NCBI GenBank assembly: GCA_965198115.1
Contig: OZ240241.1
Span: 6,496,001 to 6,560,000 of the forward strand
DNA from: Candidatus Latescibacterota bacterium
Lineage (GTDB): Bacteria > Latescibacterota > UBA2968
Direction of reading: 5' to 3'
DNA: 64,000 nucleotides
Of this stretch, positions 43,255 through 51,247 are shown piece by piece. The notes under the pieces are model-generated. The model had not been told where the DNA came from and did no database searches. It saw only the letters and a program-made list of their open reading frames with translations. Position numbers and translations under genes: made by a program. Position 1 is the first letter of the stretch; each line of letters starts with the position of its first letter.

Positions 43255-44493
43255 CTAGGAGAACAAGAGCTTCAGGTAGTAGAAGGGGTTCGTCAATTGC
43301 TTCTTGGGAACTTCGTTGACGATCATTCCCATAATCGTATCGCGCACGTCGTCGCTTCGGGCGGCTTTGTTGATGACGAAGTTGAGGAGCGTGCGATTCC
43401 GTCCGATGCGTTGGAGCCGGTGGCTCGTCTTCAACTCGTCGCCGATTTCATCCCACAATCGATCGTCGTAGCGGCGCAGGAAGGATCCGGAAACGTCACT
43501 GTGGTCGATGGCTTCGCGCGCGACTTCGACTGCGATCTTGGCGGAGTAGAAAGCGTTGCCGATGCCTTCGCCAGTGAAGGGATCGATGAGGCCCGCAGCG
43601 TCGCCGAGTAGCATGAATCCGTCGCCGTGGTTCATGCGATGGCTACTGCCGACCGGTAGATTCCAACCGATGGGCTCTTCGAGCGGCACTGCCACGTCGA
43701 AGCGATCGCGGAATGCGGGGCTGTCTACGGCATTCTTGAGGGCGACTCTGAGGTCGACGTCGTTGGCTTTGATGTATTCGTGCAACATCCCGATGCCGAC
43801 GTTAGCCAGGTTGTCTTCGATCGGGAAGATCCAAAAATACCCTGGAATGACTTCGTCGATAAAGTGCAGCTCGATCTGGTTGTCCAGGCCTTTGACATCA
43901 CGATAGTACTGGCGAAGCGCGACGACCCAGTGCTGAGAGTCGTGTTGGTAGAGGTCGAGTTTTCGCGCCACGACAGAGCTGAATCCGTCGGCACCGAGGA
44001 CCACCTTACTGTGAAAGGTGTCTTCGCGACCGTCCTCGGTCGTACCCGACACGCCTGTGACGTACCCGTCTTCGCCGAGGATATCTTTGACGGTGAATCC
44101 CTCGAGCGTTCGGTCCGCTGCCCGGCTGGCTTCACAAAACAGGAAGTGATCGAATACTTCGCGCCGGATCACGTAGCCCGTCGAGAGGTCGGGACGATTG
44201 GATCGCCTCAGATCGATGTCGATATGTGTGTGTTTGGGGCTGCCGAAGGTGACGACGTTGATGAGCGCGCCAGGCAGGTCGGCGACTCGATCCAGAAGGT
44301 CGAGCTCCCGGAGAATGTTGACGGCCTTCCCAGAAAGGGCATCGCCGCAGACTTTGTCTCGAGGGAAGCGAGCCTTATCGAGGAGGAGGACGCGGAGTCC
44401 CAGTCGGCGTGCGTAGAGCACTGCGGTTGCACCCGCCGGGCCGGCGCCGACGACGATCAGGTCGTAAGATGCTTCGGTAGAGGGGTTGCCCAT
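43255..44493 (-). CDS. Geranylgeranyl reductase family FAD oxidoreductase
   Basis: GAGPAG, FPRDKVCGD, GADG, YFWIFP, GDAAGLIDPFTGEGI. Confidence 0.92.
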   Translation of the reverse strand: MGNPSTEASYDLIVVGAGPAGATAVLYARRLGLRVLLLDKARFPRDKVCGDALSGKAVNILRELDLLDRVADLPGALINVVTFGSPKHTHIDIDLRRSNRPDLSTGYVIRREVFDHFLFCEASRAADRTLEGFTVKDILGEDGYVTGVSGTTEDGREDTFHSKVVLGADGFSSVVARKLDLYQHDSQHWVVALRQYYRDVKGLDNQIELHFIDEVIPGYFWIFPIEDNLANVGIGMLHEYIKANDVDLRVALKNAVDSPAFRDRFDVAVPLEEPIGWNLPVGSSHRMNHGDGFMLLGDAAGLIDPFTGEGIGNAFYSAKIAVEVAREAIDHSDVSGSFLRRYDDRLWDEIGDELKTSHRLQRIGRNRTLLNFVINKAARSDDVRDTIMGMIVNEVPKKQLTNPFYYLKLLFS

Positions 44494-44573
44494 TCGCGGC
44501 AAAACTTATCCGTCCGCGATGACTCCGTCAATATGTAAGGGAAGCAAGACCTTCCTGACGAGGCAGGTCGAAT

Positions 44574-44948
44574 TTACGAGGACGTGGAATCGCTGGGCGT
44601 GATGGAGAGGCTGTCGCTGAGTCCGGCCTCGACCACGGGCAGAATGCCGACGGAGTCCACGTAGACGCCCGAGTCAGCCTGCGCGATGCTGAGGGCCGAT
44701 CGGTCCGTGCGATGGGACAGATTCTCCGGCGCAACGAGGGCGAAGAGAACGATCGAAGCGGCGGCGACGATGGCGCCGAACGATCCGAGTGGTTGGGCCA
44801 CGAATGCGTTCCTGTTGAGCTGGCCGGAGACGCCGTGCCTCGCTCGGAGCTCGGACTTGAGACGGGGCAGGATGTCCGGATCGGGTGTGATCTCGCTGTC
44901 GCGGCGAACGTCGAGGACGTTAGTGATACGTGAGATGAAATTGGTCAT
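44574..44948 (-). CDS. Small single-TM protein, putative anti-sigma factor
   Basis: MTNFISR... 124 aa with one hydrophobic helix, 4 nt after the ECF sigma stop. Confidence 0.55.
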   Translation of the reverse strand: MTNFISRITNVLDVRRDSEITPDPDILPRLKSELRARHGVSGQLNRNAFVAQPLGSFGAIVAAASIVLFALVAPENLSHRTDRSALSIAQADSGVYVDSVGILPVVEAGLSDSLSITPSDSTSS

Positions 44949-45434
44949 ATGTCTACTCCGCGTTACACTCGGATGTATACGGGTTGAGTGCTTCGAGCAT
45001 TCCGGCGAGTTTTCGAGTCGTGTAGAACAGTCTTGATTTGACGGTACCTTCAGAGCAGTCGAGGATTCTGCCGATTTCGCGTATGGAATGGCTCTCCTGA
45101 TATCGTAGGAGGAACGTTGTCCGCTGGTCGGGATCAAACGCCTCCAGAGCCTCGACAACGGCCCGTCTGAAAGCACGGGCGTCGATATCGAAATCGATGT
45201 CGGCGATGTGATCGGATTCGCACACGACATCTTGCAGTTCGGCGATGATGCTCTCTCGCGACCGGACCTCCAGACGTCGATATTCATTTTTGCACATATT
45301 GTGCGCGATCGCGAAAACCCACGTTGAGAAGGATTTCGACGTGTCGAACGCATCTGGACGTTTGACGAGCTTCAAGAACAGATCCTGCAGGAAATCCTGG
45401 GCCTTGTCGTGATCGCCCCCCAGCATCCGATGGA

Positions 45435-46808
45435 GAGCTCAGGTCAATAGGTGTGTAAAAGAAATCAGGCGGCCATCTTCCCGGCTTCGACCTGCGGTCC
45501 GGTTGAGTGTTTCTGATCGTAGACTTGTTGTAGCAAGTGTGGCGCGGTGAGTTTCCTGAATCGGCTCTCTGCGACCTTGAGCGTACGCCAGATGAGAGCC
45601 GTGGCGTTCCTGACTTTCTTGAATCGCCTGGCGGCGTTTGTGCGAAGCCGAACGGAAGCAAAGGGGCTCTCGACGACGTTCGTGGTTCTCAGGTGTTTCC
45701 AGTGTTCCTTCGGGAAGTCGTAGAACGTGACCATCCGATCCCAGTCTCTTTCGAGCGTCTCCACGGCGGCAGGGAACTGTGAGCGATACCGTGCGGCAAA
45801 GCGTTTCCGGAGCTTCTCGGCCTCCTTTTTCGTGCCGGCATAGGGGATCTGGACGAGCAGTGCGCGGGCTTCAGCCTGTGCACGCTTGGCGACCTTGTCG
45901 AGCACGTTGAGGATCTTGTGGTTCCAGCACCGTTGTTGCCGGCTCTCTGGCCAGACCTGATCAACGGCCGCCCAGATGCCCATATTCCCGTCCGCGGCGA
46001 TCAGGACAGGATGTTCGAGCCCGCGATCCCGGAGATCCCGGAGCACCGTGAGCCAGGATTCTGTAGACTCTCGATAACCGGGTTCTATCGCCAGGATCTC
46101 CTTGCTGCCGTCGCTCATCGCGCCGATCACGACCAGCAGACACGCCTTCTCGCGCTCGAGCCCGGCTTTGACGTAGATGCCATCAGCCCAGGCGTAGACC
46201 AGTTCGCGATTATCCAGACGCCTTTCTTTCCAGTCCTGGAAGTCGACCTCCCACTTCCCTCGAAGACGAGCGATCGAGGTCGGCGAAAGCGGCGCGCCAT
46301 CACCGAGCAGCGCACGCAAAGACAACTCGAAGTCGCCCTGGGAGAGACCGTGGAGATAAAGGTCGGGAAGCAGATCTCCAATGGCCCTGGTTCTCCGGGC
46401 GAACAGGGGGAGGATGCGGCTTTCAAACCGCTCTTCCAGACCACGAACCCGGGGACGCCGGACCTTGATCGTTCCGCAGCTCGTCGAGAGACGCCGGGGC
46501 TTGCCGTAGCCGTTCCTGTAGCCCGTGGAGCTATCGACCTCGGCTCGGCGCTCATACCACGACCGGCCCAAGAACGCGGTCGCCTCCTCCTCCAGAATGG
46601 ACTGGAACCGGCCCTGGATCTCTTCACGGATCCAATCGTCAACCGTCTCCCACGTCGGCATGGACTTCAATGGGGCTCTATGCGTATGTTCCTTCACGGC
46701 GATCCTCCTTCCCAACCGGGCCTCTCACCCGGTTTTGTGTGAATCAACTATCTCACGGGAAGGGTAGGGTCGCCCTTTCTCTTTTTCCACACCTTTTGAT
46801 TATAGCTC
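45435..46808 (-). mobile_element. IS256 family insertion sequence
   Basis: IRs GAGCTCAGGTCAATAGGTGTGTAAAA and GAGCTATAATCAAAAGGTGTGGAAAA; perfect 9-bp TSD TCCGATGGA (45426..45434 and 46809..46817). Confidence 0.95.
45465..46715 (-). CDS. IS256 family transposase (intact)
   Basis: YRNGY, WADG, RESTESW, AADG, QRCWNHK, TTNVVES. Confidence 0.95.
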   Translation of the reverse strand: MGRRIAVKEHTHRAPLKSMPTWETVDDWIREEIQGRFQSILEEEATAFLGRSWYERRAEVDSSTGYRNGYGKPRRLSTSCGTIKVRRPRVRGLEERFESRILPLFARRTRAIGDLLPDLYLHGLSQGDFELSLRALLGDGAPLSPTSIARLRGKWEVDFQDWKERRLDNRELVYAWADGIYVKAGLEREKACLLVVIGAMSDGSKEILAIEPGYRESTESWLTVLRDLRDRGLEHPVLIAADGNMGIWAAVDQVWPESRQQRCWNHKILNVLDKVAKRAQAEARALLVQIPYAGTKKEAEKLRKRFAARYRSQFPAAVETLERDWDRMVTFYDFPKEHWKHLRTTNVVESPFASVRLRTNAARRFKKVRNATALIWRTLKVAESRFRKLTAPHLLQQVYDQKHSTGPQVEAGKMAA

Positions 46809-47186
46809 TCCGATGGAAGTAGTTGACGAGCCGCAGGCTGTAGCGATCGTAGAGCGCTTCGAGTGCACGCTCGTTTCCACGCTGGACGCGACGCATCAGG
46901 GTTTCGTCCGTCAGGTCTGACAGGTCAGATTGGAACAGCTTCAAGACGTCTCCCGGCGCAATGGCCTCGGAGGACTGGCGGTGGGCAGGTCGGCTCGCTC
47001 TATGATACACCCGAGTCGATTCAAAGTTCACATCGTGTGACACAGACGCACGTGTGTGACGTGAAGCGACGGTGTCGGAGCGATGAACCATTTCTCAACG
47101 CTAAGCATTAATGACAGAAAAACAATAGGTTGGATCGGTAAAGACAATCTGGCGCGGTTGGCAATCAGTTTGCACGATGCTGAAAC

Positions 47187-47834
47187 GTGAGACATTGGTC
47201 CTTCATCCTGTTGACGATCCTGCTGCTGTTTTCAGTACGTTTTCCCGCCCACGCCGATGATCTCGAAACGGTCCTGGGATTGAACAGACGACTGCGCTTT
47301 TCGACGACGTCGAGCGGTCGAGAATGGTTGCGTCCGCGTGCGGCAACTGAACGTGAGCTGCCGCCCGAACTGATGATTCCGCTGCGGGCCGTCAACGAAG
47401 GACTCGTTTTCCTCGCGGCCTATCAATCGAAGAACGTGCCTGCGATGACGGCCGTCGGGGCACTATCCCTGCTGGGCGGGACGCTTCGAAGCGGGATCGA
47501 CGCGGTCGTCGATCAGGCTACGGACCGCAGGCTCGACGTGGGCGCACTTCATCGCCTGGACACACCTCAGCTCGAAATCCTCGCCTATCTGTGGGGGGTG
47601 GACGACCCCGCGGAAGAAAAGTCGGTCTATCTGAATGTGGATGGTTTCCCGAGTTGGAAGACGATGGACCGAATGCTGGAGGCGATGGAGGATCTCGGTG
47701 TGATCGAGCGAAAGGAACGAAAGGTGAGAGCTCTGGCGGCTCGGGATGACGTCGTGAGGTCTTTCGTGGCTGCGGGCCGGACGAGTGCACTTTCGAACCT
47801 TATGCCTCTGAGGATTGGGGAGAACAGGCGGTGA
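47187..47834 (+). CDS. Hypothetical exported protein
   Basis: Signal-peptide-like N-terminus (..PAHA|DD); stop overlaps the next start (GTGA). Confidence 0.55.
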   Translation: MRHWSFILLTILLLFSVRFPAHADDLETVLGLNRRLRFSTTSSGREWLRPRAATERELPPELMIPLRAVNEGLVFLAAYQSKNVPAMTAVGALSLLGGTLRSGIDAVVDQATDRRLDVGALHRLDTPQLEILAYLWGVDDPAEEKSVYLNVDGFPSWKTMDRMLEAMEDLGVIERKERKVRALAARDDVVRSFVAAGRTSALSNLMPLRIGENRR

Positions 47835-48028
47835 CATTCGTGACCGTTCTGAAGCCGTCGAGCCCCGCGCTGACGGTCCTTGCCGAGTCGATGCTGAAGG
47901 ACGCGGAGATTCCATACGTGATTCGGGGCGATCAGGCCTTTCAGAATCTCTACGCATTCGGGCAGATCGAGATTCAGGTGAGAGAAGAAGATGCGGAGCA
48001 AGCGACCGTGCTACTAGGAGATCTTTGA
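47831..48028 (+). CDS. DUF2007-like small signal-transduction protein
   Basis: LAESMLKDAEIPY...IQVREEDAEQA pattern. Confidence 0.75.
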   Translation: MTFVTVLKPSSPALTVLAESMLKDAEIPYVIRGDQAFQNLYAFGQIEIQVREEDAEQATVLLGDL

Positions 48029-48099
48029 AAGTGTTGCGGGCGAGCAGGCGTGGCAAGGTGCTGATACAATCTGTTGTCGGTGGGAGCAGCCCTTCGAAG

Positions 48100-48540
48100 T
48101 CAGATCGTGACCGTCTTTTCGAGCGTGAACACGTTGTTCTTGGTTTCCTGGATGACGACTTCGATATGGTATTCGATGTTCTGTTCCTTGAAGTGCTTGG
48201 CGAGCACTTCGATGACCTGATTCATCCCGTAGAGGGCGACGTTTTCGACGCTGGGATTACGGCCGGGCATTACGACAACCCCCTCAGGTTCGAAGAGGTC
48301 CGAATCGAGGAAGAGCTCGTCCCGTTCCGATACGAGCATCTTGTGATCGAGGAACTTGAAGATGTCTTTGAGCGCTCCGAAGTCGAGGGAAATGTCGAGC
48401 TTGGCGTCACGAGGGAAAGATTCCGCCTGGAGAACGACGTGGGCGTGCCACGTATGACCGTGCACGTAACGGCACTTGCCATCGTAATCCAGTTGTCGGT
48501 GGGCAGTGTGGAATTCAGCGTGCGCCCGCAGGGTTTCCAT
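48100..48540 (-). CDS. queD: 6-carboxytetrahydropterin synthase / PTPS family
   Basis: FHTAH, KCRYVHGHTW (CxxxHGH), DF, LDH, NPSVEN, ET. Confidence 0.8.
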   Translation of the reverse strand: METLRAHAEFHTAHRQLDYDGKCRYVHGHTWHAHVVLQAESFPRDAKLDISLDFGALKDIFKFLDHKMLVSERDELFLDSDLFEPEGVVVMPGRNPSVENVALYGMNQVIEVLAKHFKEQNIEYHIEVVIQETKNNVFTLEKTVTI

Positions 48541-48829
48541 CAGGTGTCCTTTGTCATCGTGACGATCGTCGAGTGTGGTCAGAATATAGCCGTCATTCGG
48601 GTCCCGGGGAATCTCCGGTCTTTGGTGATTCGATACTTGCCGACCCGATGAAGTGCGCTCATTTGGTAGACGGTGAACGGTTGACAGTGGACCCTCGCAC
48701 CGCTCGGCAGGTTCCAGAGACGGCTTCGCCCTGTTTTAGAGACGCTGGGGACGCTTCATCCATAAATCTAGCGCGAACACGAAACTCGTATAATATGTTG
48801 TAAAACAGTAAGATATATACGGTAAGGAC

Positions 48830-48853
48830 AAAAGTGGCCCCGGGGCCACTTTT
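48830..48853. other. Perfect 24-bp palindrome in an AT-rich intergenic patch
   Basis: AAAAGTGGCCCCGGGGCCACTTTT. Confidence 0.8.
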
Positions 48854-48954
48854 AAGATGGAAGGATCACTGTGACAGCGTTCCCTTATGTGCAGCGTTAT
48901 GCTGGCGTTCGCAACGAATAGGGTAAGCAGATGGGACCGGGCCGCTTTCACTCC

Positions 48955-49518
48955 TCACTCCACGGGCCAGAGCCAGCCAAAGGTTCCCGCTGTCAGGAGT
49001 GCGTAGATCAGGGCGTCGAAGACCGATTTGAGCGTCGAGGACCAGGCACGCTTGTACCAAATGGAATTCTGTAGAAGGGCGAGTCCGTAACCGGCGAAGG
49101 CAGTCGTGCCGGCGAAACGGAAGACGGTCAGATACGGGGCGCCTGGCTCGAGTGCGCGACCTGCGATGTAGGCGGCGAAGACGCCGACGAGCGCACAGTA
49201 GAGGAACCAAAGCAGAAGACTCTGGCCCATCCCGGGAATCCCGTTCGGCATCACGGTGACGAAGGCGACGGGGCCCTTTTCGGCTTTGGCGATGTAGTCG
49301 GGCGACTTCATTCCCTCGAGCGATCCGGCGCAGGGGAGTACGTAATCCCCGGGCGGGATGTCGAACGGGCGCAAGGCATCCATCACACTATCCTCGTTCG
49401 GAACGGCGCCAAAGTCGGTCGAATGATACTGCAGCAGCATATGGATGATGGAACTGGCCACGAAGACGATGACGGCGGAGAGCACGATCGGAAGCCACAA
49501 CGAGAGAATCGATACCAT
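48955..49518 (-). CDS. Conserved hypothetical membrane protein
   Basis: 187 aa, about four TM segments, AGGAG RBS, ends FGWLWP. Confidence 0.75.
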   Translation of the reverse strand: MVSILSLWLPIVLSAVIVFVASSIIHMLLQYHSTDFGAVPNEDSVMDALRPFDIPPGDYVLPCAGSLEGMKSPDYIAKAEKGPVAFVTVMPNGIPGMGQSLLLWFLYCALVGVFAAYIAGRALEPGAPYLTVFRFAGTTAFAGYGLALLQNSIWYKRAWSSTLKSVFDALIYALLTAGTFGWLWPVE

Positions 49519-49574
49519 CGGAAACTCCTTTGGGGCAGAAGTGAGCAGAAAGAAGTGAGAAGGAAAGGCGGTGG

Positions 49575-50551
49575 GCGATTACTCCGAGTCTGGTGATTTT
49601 TCCCTTTTTGTAACGCTTTCGACCCGCAGCCCGCGTGCGTGACATTACCCGACCAGCGCCGTGGACCGTCGAATAGAGCGACGCGGCGCTTTCGTCACTT
49701 TCGTTTCCCTCGATGATGACGGAGATGTCGCCCATCGATCCACCGACGAAGCCTTTCTGACCGGGGAAGGCGGGCGTCGCACCTTTCCGAACGATCCAGT
49801 AGGTTTCTCCGAAGTGCTCTTCCTCCCAGGCAAAGTTGTGGTGGTTGTGGATTTCCTCAACAATGTTCGCGCCGAGGATGGTGGCGACGCGCTCGCAGAC
49901 CCAGTCGCGGCCGGCGTAGGCATACCGACCGGCCAGTTTCATACAGGCGATGTACTCCTTGCCAGTGTTGGACTCGACGTCGAACAGGACGGGTTGATCG
50001 CGTTTACGCTTGCCGGCTCGTCGGAAGAAGTGGGTCGCCACACGATGCCCGAAGCCCCGGCTCCCGAAATGTGCTCCGACCCAGACCCTGTCGATCTCGT
50101 CGACGAAGAGATCGACGTAGTGGTTGCCGGAACCGATCGTGCCGAGTTGTTCCCGGGCGAGGCCCTTCATACTTCGTGCGATCGGGACGTCCCACGCTTC
50201 GTCGTCATCGAAGAGCGGGTGGTCGACCTGTTCCTTGTTCTTCAGTCCGACACCGAAGGAGAGCGTGTTCCAGATGTCGTCCATCAGGCGTTTGATGTCG
50301 CGCCTGACCTCGTCGGCTGCGACGTCCAGGCGAACCGCTTTGTTGCCGCAACTGATGTCGTAGCCGACGCCGGTGGGACTGATCTGATTTTCGTACGCGC
50401 AGACACCGCCGATCGGCATCGAGTAGCCGAGGTGGTGGTCGGCCATCAAAGCCGCGTGGGCGGCGGTTTCTCGACACGTGATGATCTGTTCGACCGCGTT
50501 GTCGAGTGGCGTGCCCCAGACGGGGATGTCGTTGATGCGTTGGAAGGACAT
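49575..50551 (-). pseudogene. rtcB: RtcB family RNA ligase, apparently C-terminally truncated
   Basis: MADHHLGY, GYDISCG, GSGNHY, HFGSRG, HNHHN, RKGAT, HGAGR are present. The DE(A/S)PxxYK tail is missing; the frame runs into a heptamer repeat and overlaps the next gene. Confidence 0.8.
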
Positions 50552-50555
50552 TTTA

Positions 50556-50954
50556 TCAGGGGGCGATGACCTCTACGGTCGGGAAGTACGTTCTCACCCG
50601 AGACGTGTCTCGGATCAACAGTGGGATGCGAACAACAGCTGCGTGGGCACCGATGAAAAAATCAGGGAGGGGAGATCGTCGAACGCCACCGCGCCGACGG
50701 TAATCCAGAAAGGCCTTCCCGGCGAGAAACAGCGCTTCGCGGGGAACCCGGTGAAACCGAACCCCTGTTGAGGTCAAGACGCCCTCGTAATCCTCCAGTG
50801 ACCTGTAACCGATGGACACCTCTGAATAAATCACCTCGTTCACAATCAGATCACCCTCGGTCCGTCGCTGGTCCAGGGCTGATAGGGCTCGATCGGCCCA
50901 GTCTGGATCGTCTTGAAAGACATCGAGAAGGACGCTCGAATCAACGATCGTCAT
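50556..50954 (-). CDS. vapC: VapC PIN-domain toxin
   Basis: VDSSVLLD, YSEVS, PLPDFFIGAHA, RD...YFP. Confidence 0.9.
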   Translation of the reverse strand: MTIVDSSVLLDVFQDDPDWADRALSALDQRRTEGDLIVNEVIYSEVSIGYRSLEDYEGVLTSTGVRFHRVPREALFLAGKAFLDYRRRGGVRRSPLPDFFIGAHAAVVRIPLLIRDTSRVRTYFPTVEVIAP

Positions 50955-51174
50955 CCGGATTCCTCGTCAGGGCAAGAATCTCGTCGGTGGACATCTTCAC
51001 GGTCGCAGACCCACGGGCAGCTTCGAAGGGATTCTGACCGCGGGCCTTACCCGTTTTCTTGAGGTAGATCCGACCTCTTTGTTCTACGAACTCCACCTCG
51101 GAATTCGGGCCTATTCCGTATTTCTCGCGAAGCTGTTTAGGAATCGTTACCTGGCCCTTGGTTGTCACTCTCAT
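50941..51174 (-). CDS. vapB: AbrB/MazE-type antitoxin
   Basis: MRVTTKGQVTIPKQLREKYGI; C-terminal STDEILALTR; overlaps vapC. Confidence 0.9.
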   Translation of the reverse strand: MRVTTKGQVTIPKQLREKYGIGPNSEVEFVEQRGRIYLKKTGKARGQNPFEAARGSATVKMSTDEILALTRNPDDDR

Positions 51175-51188
51175 AGCGGTCCTCGTTA

Positions 51189-51214
51189 TAAGAATCCTAC
51201 CAGTTATATTCTTA
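51189..51214. promoter_or_regulatory. Putative TA autoregulatory operator
   Basis: Inverted repeat TAAGAAT-N12-ATTCTTA just upstream of vapB. Confidence 0.5.
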
Positions 51215-51247
51215 CAATTTCGATTAATGCTGACCCAGAGTCAACAC

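Larger units (their letters stand above)
44953..46944 (-). pseudogene. ECF RNA polymerase sigma factor interrupted by IS256
   Basis: 5' part LTDETLMRRVQRGNERALEALYDRY...NYFHR and 3' part MLGGD..AQDFLQD...FSTW...GTVKSRL. Excising the IS plus one TSD restores the frame. Confidence 0.92.

Noticed and set aside
29439-46808. Composite transposon bounded by the two IS256 elements
   Set aside because: The two elements have different IRs and divergent transposases, and each has its own target duplication, so they are independent insertions.
48541-48660. preQ1 riboswitch upstream of queD
   Set aside because: No class I AGAGGTTCTAG...A-rich tail pattern, and a likely -10 box (TATATT) lies only about 40 nt upstream of the start.
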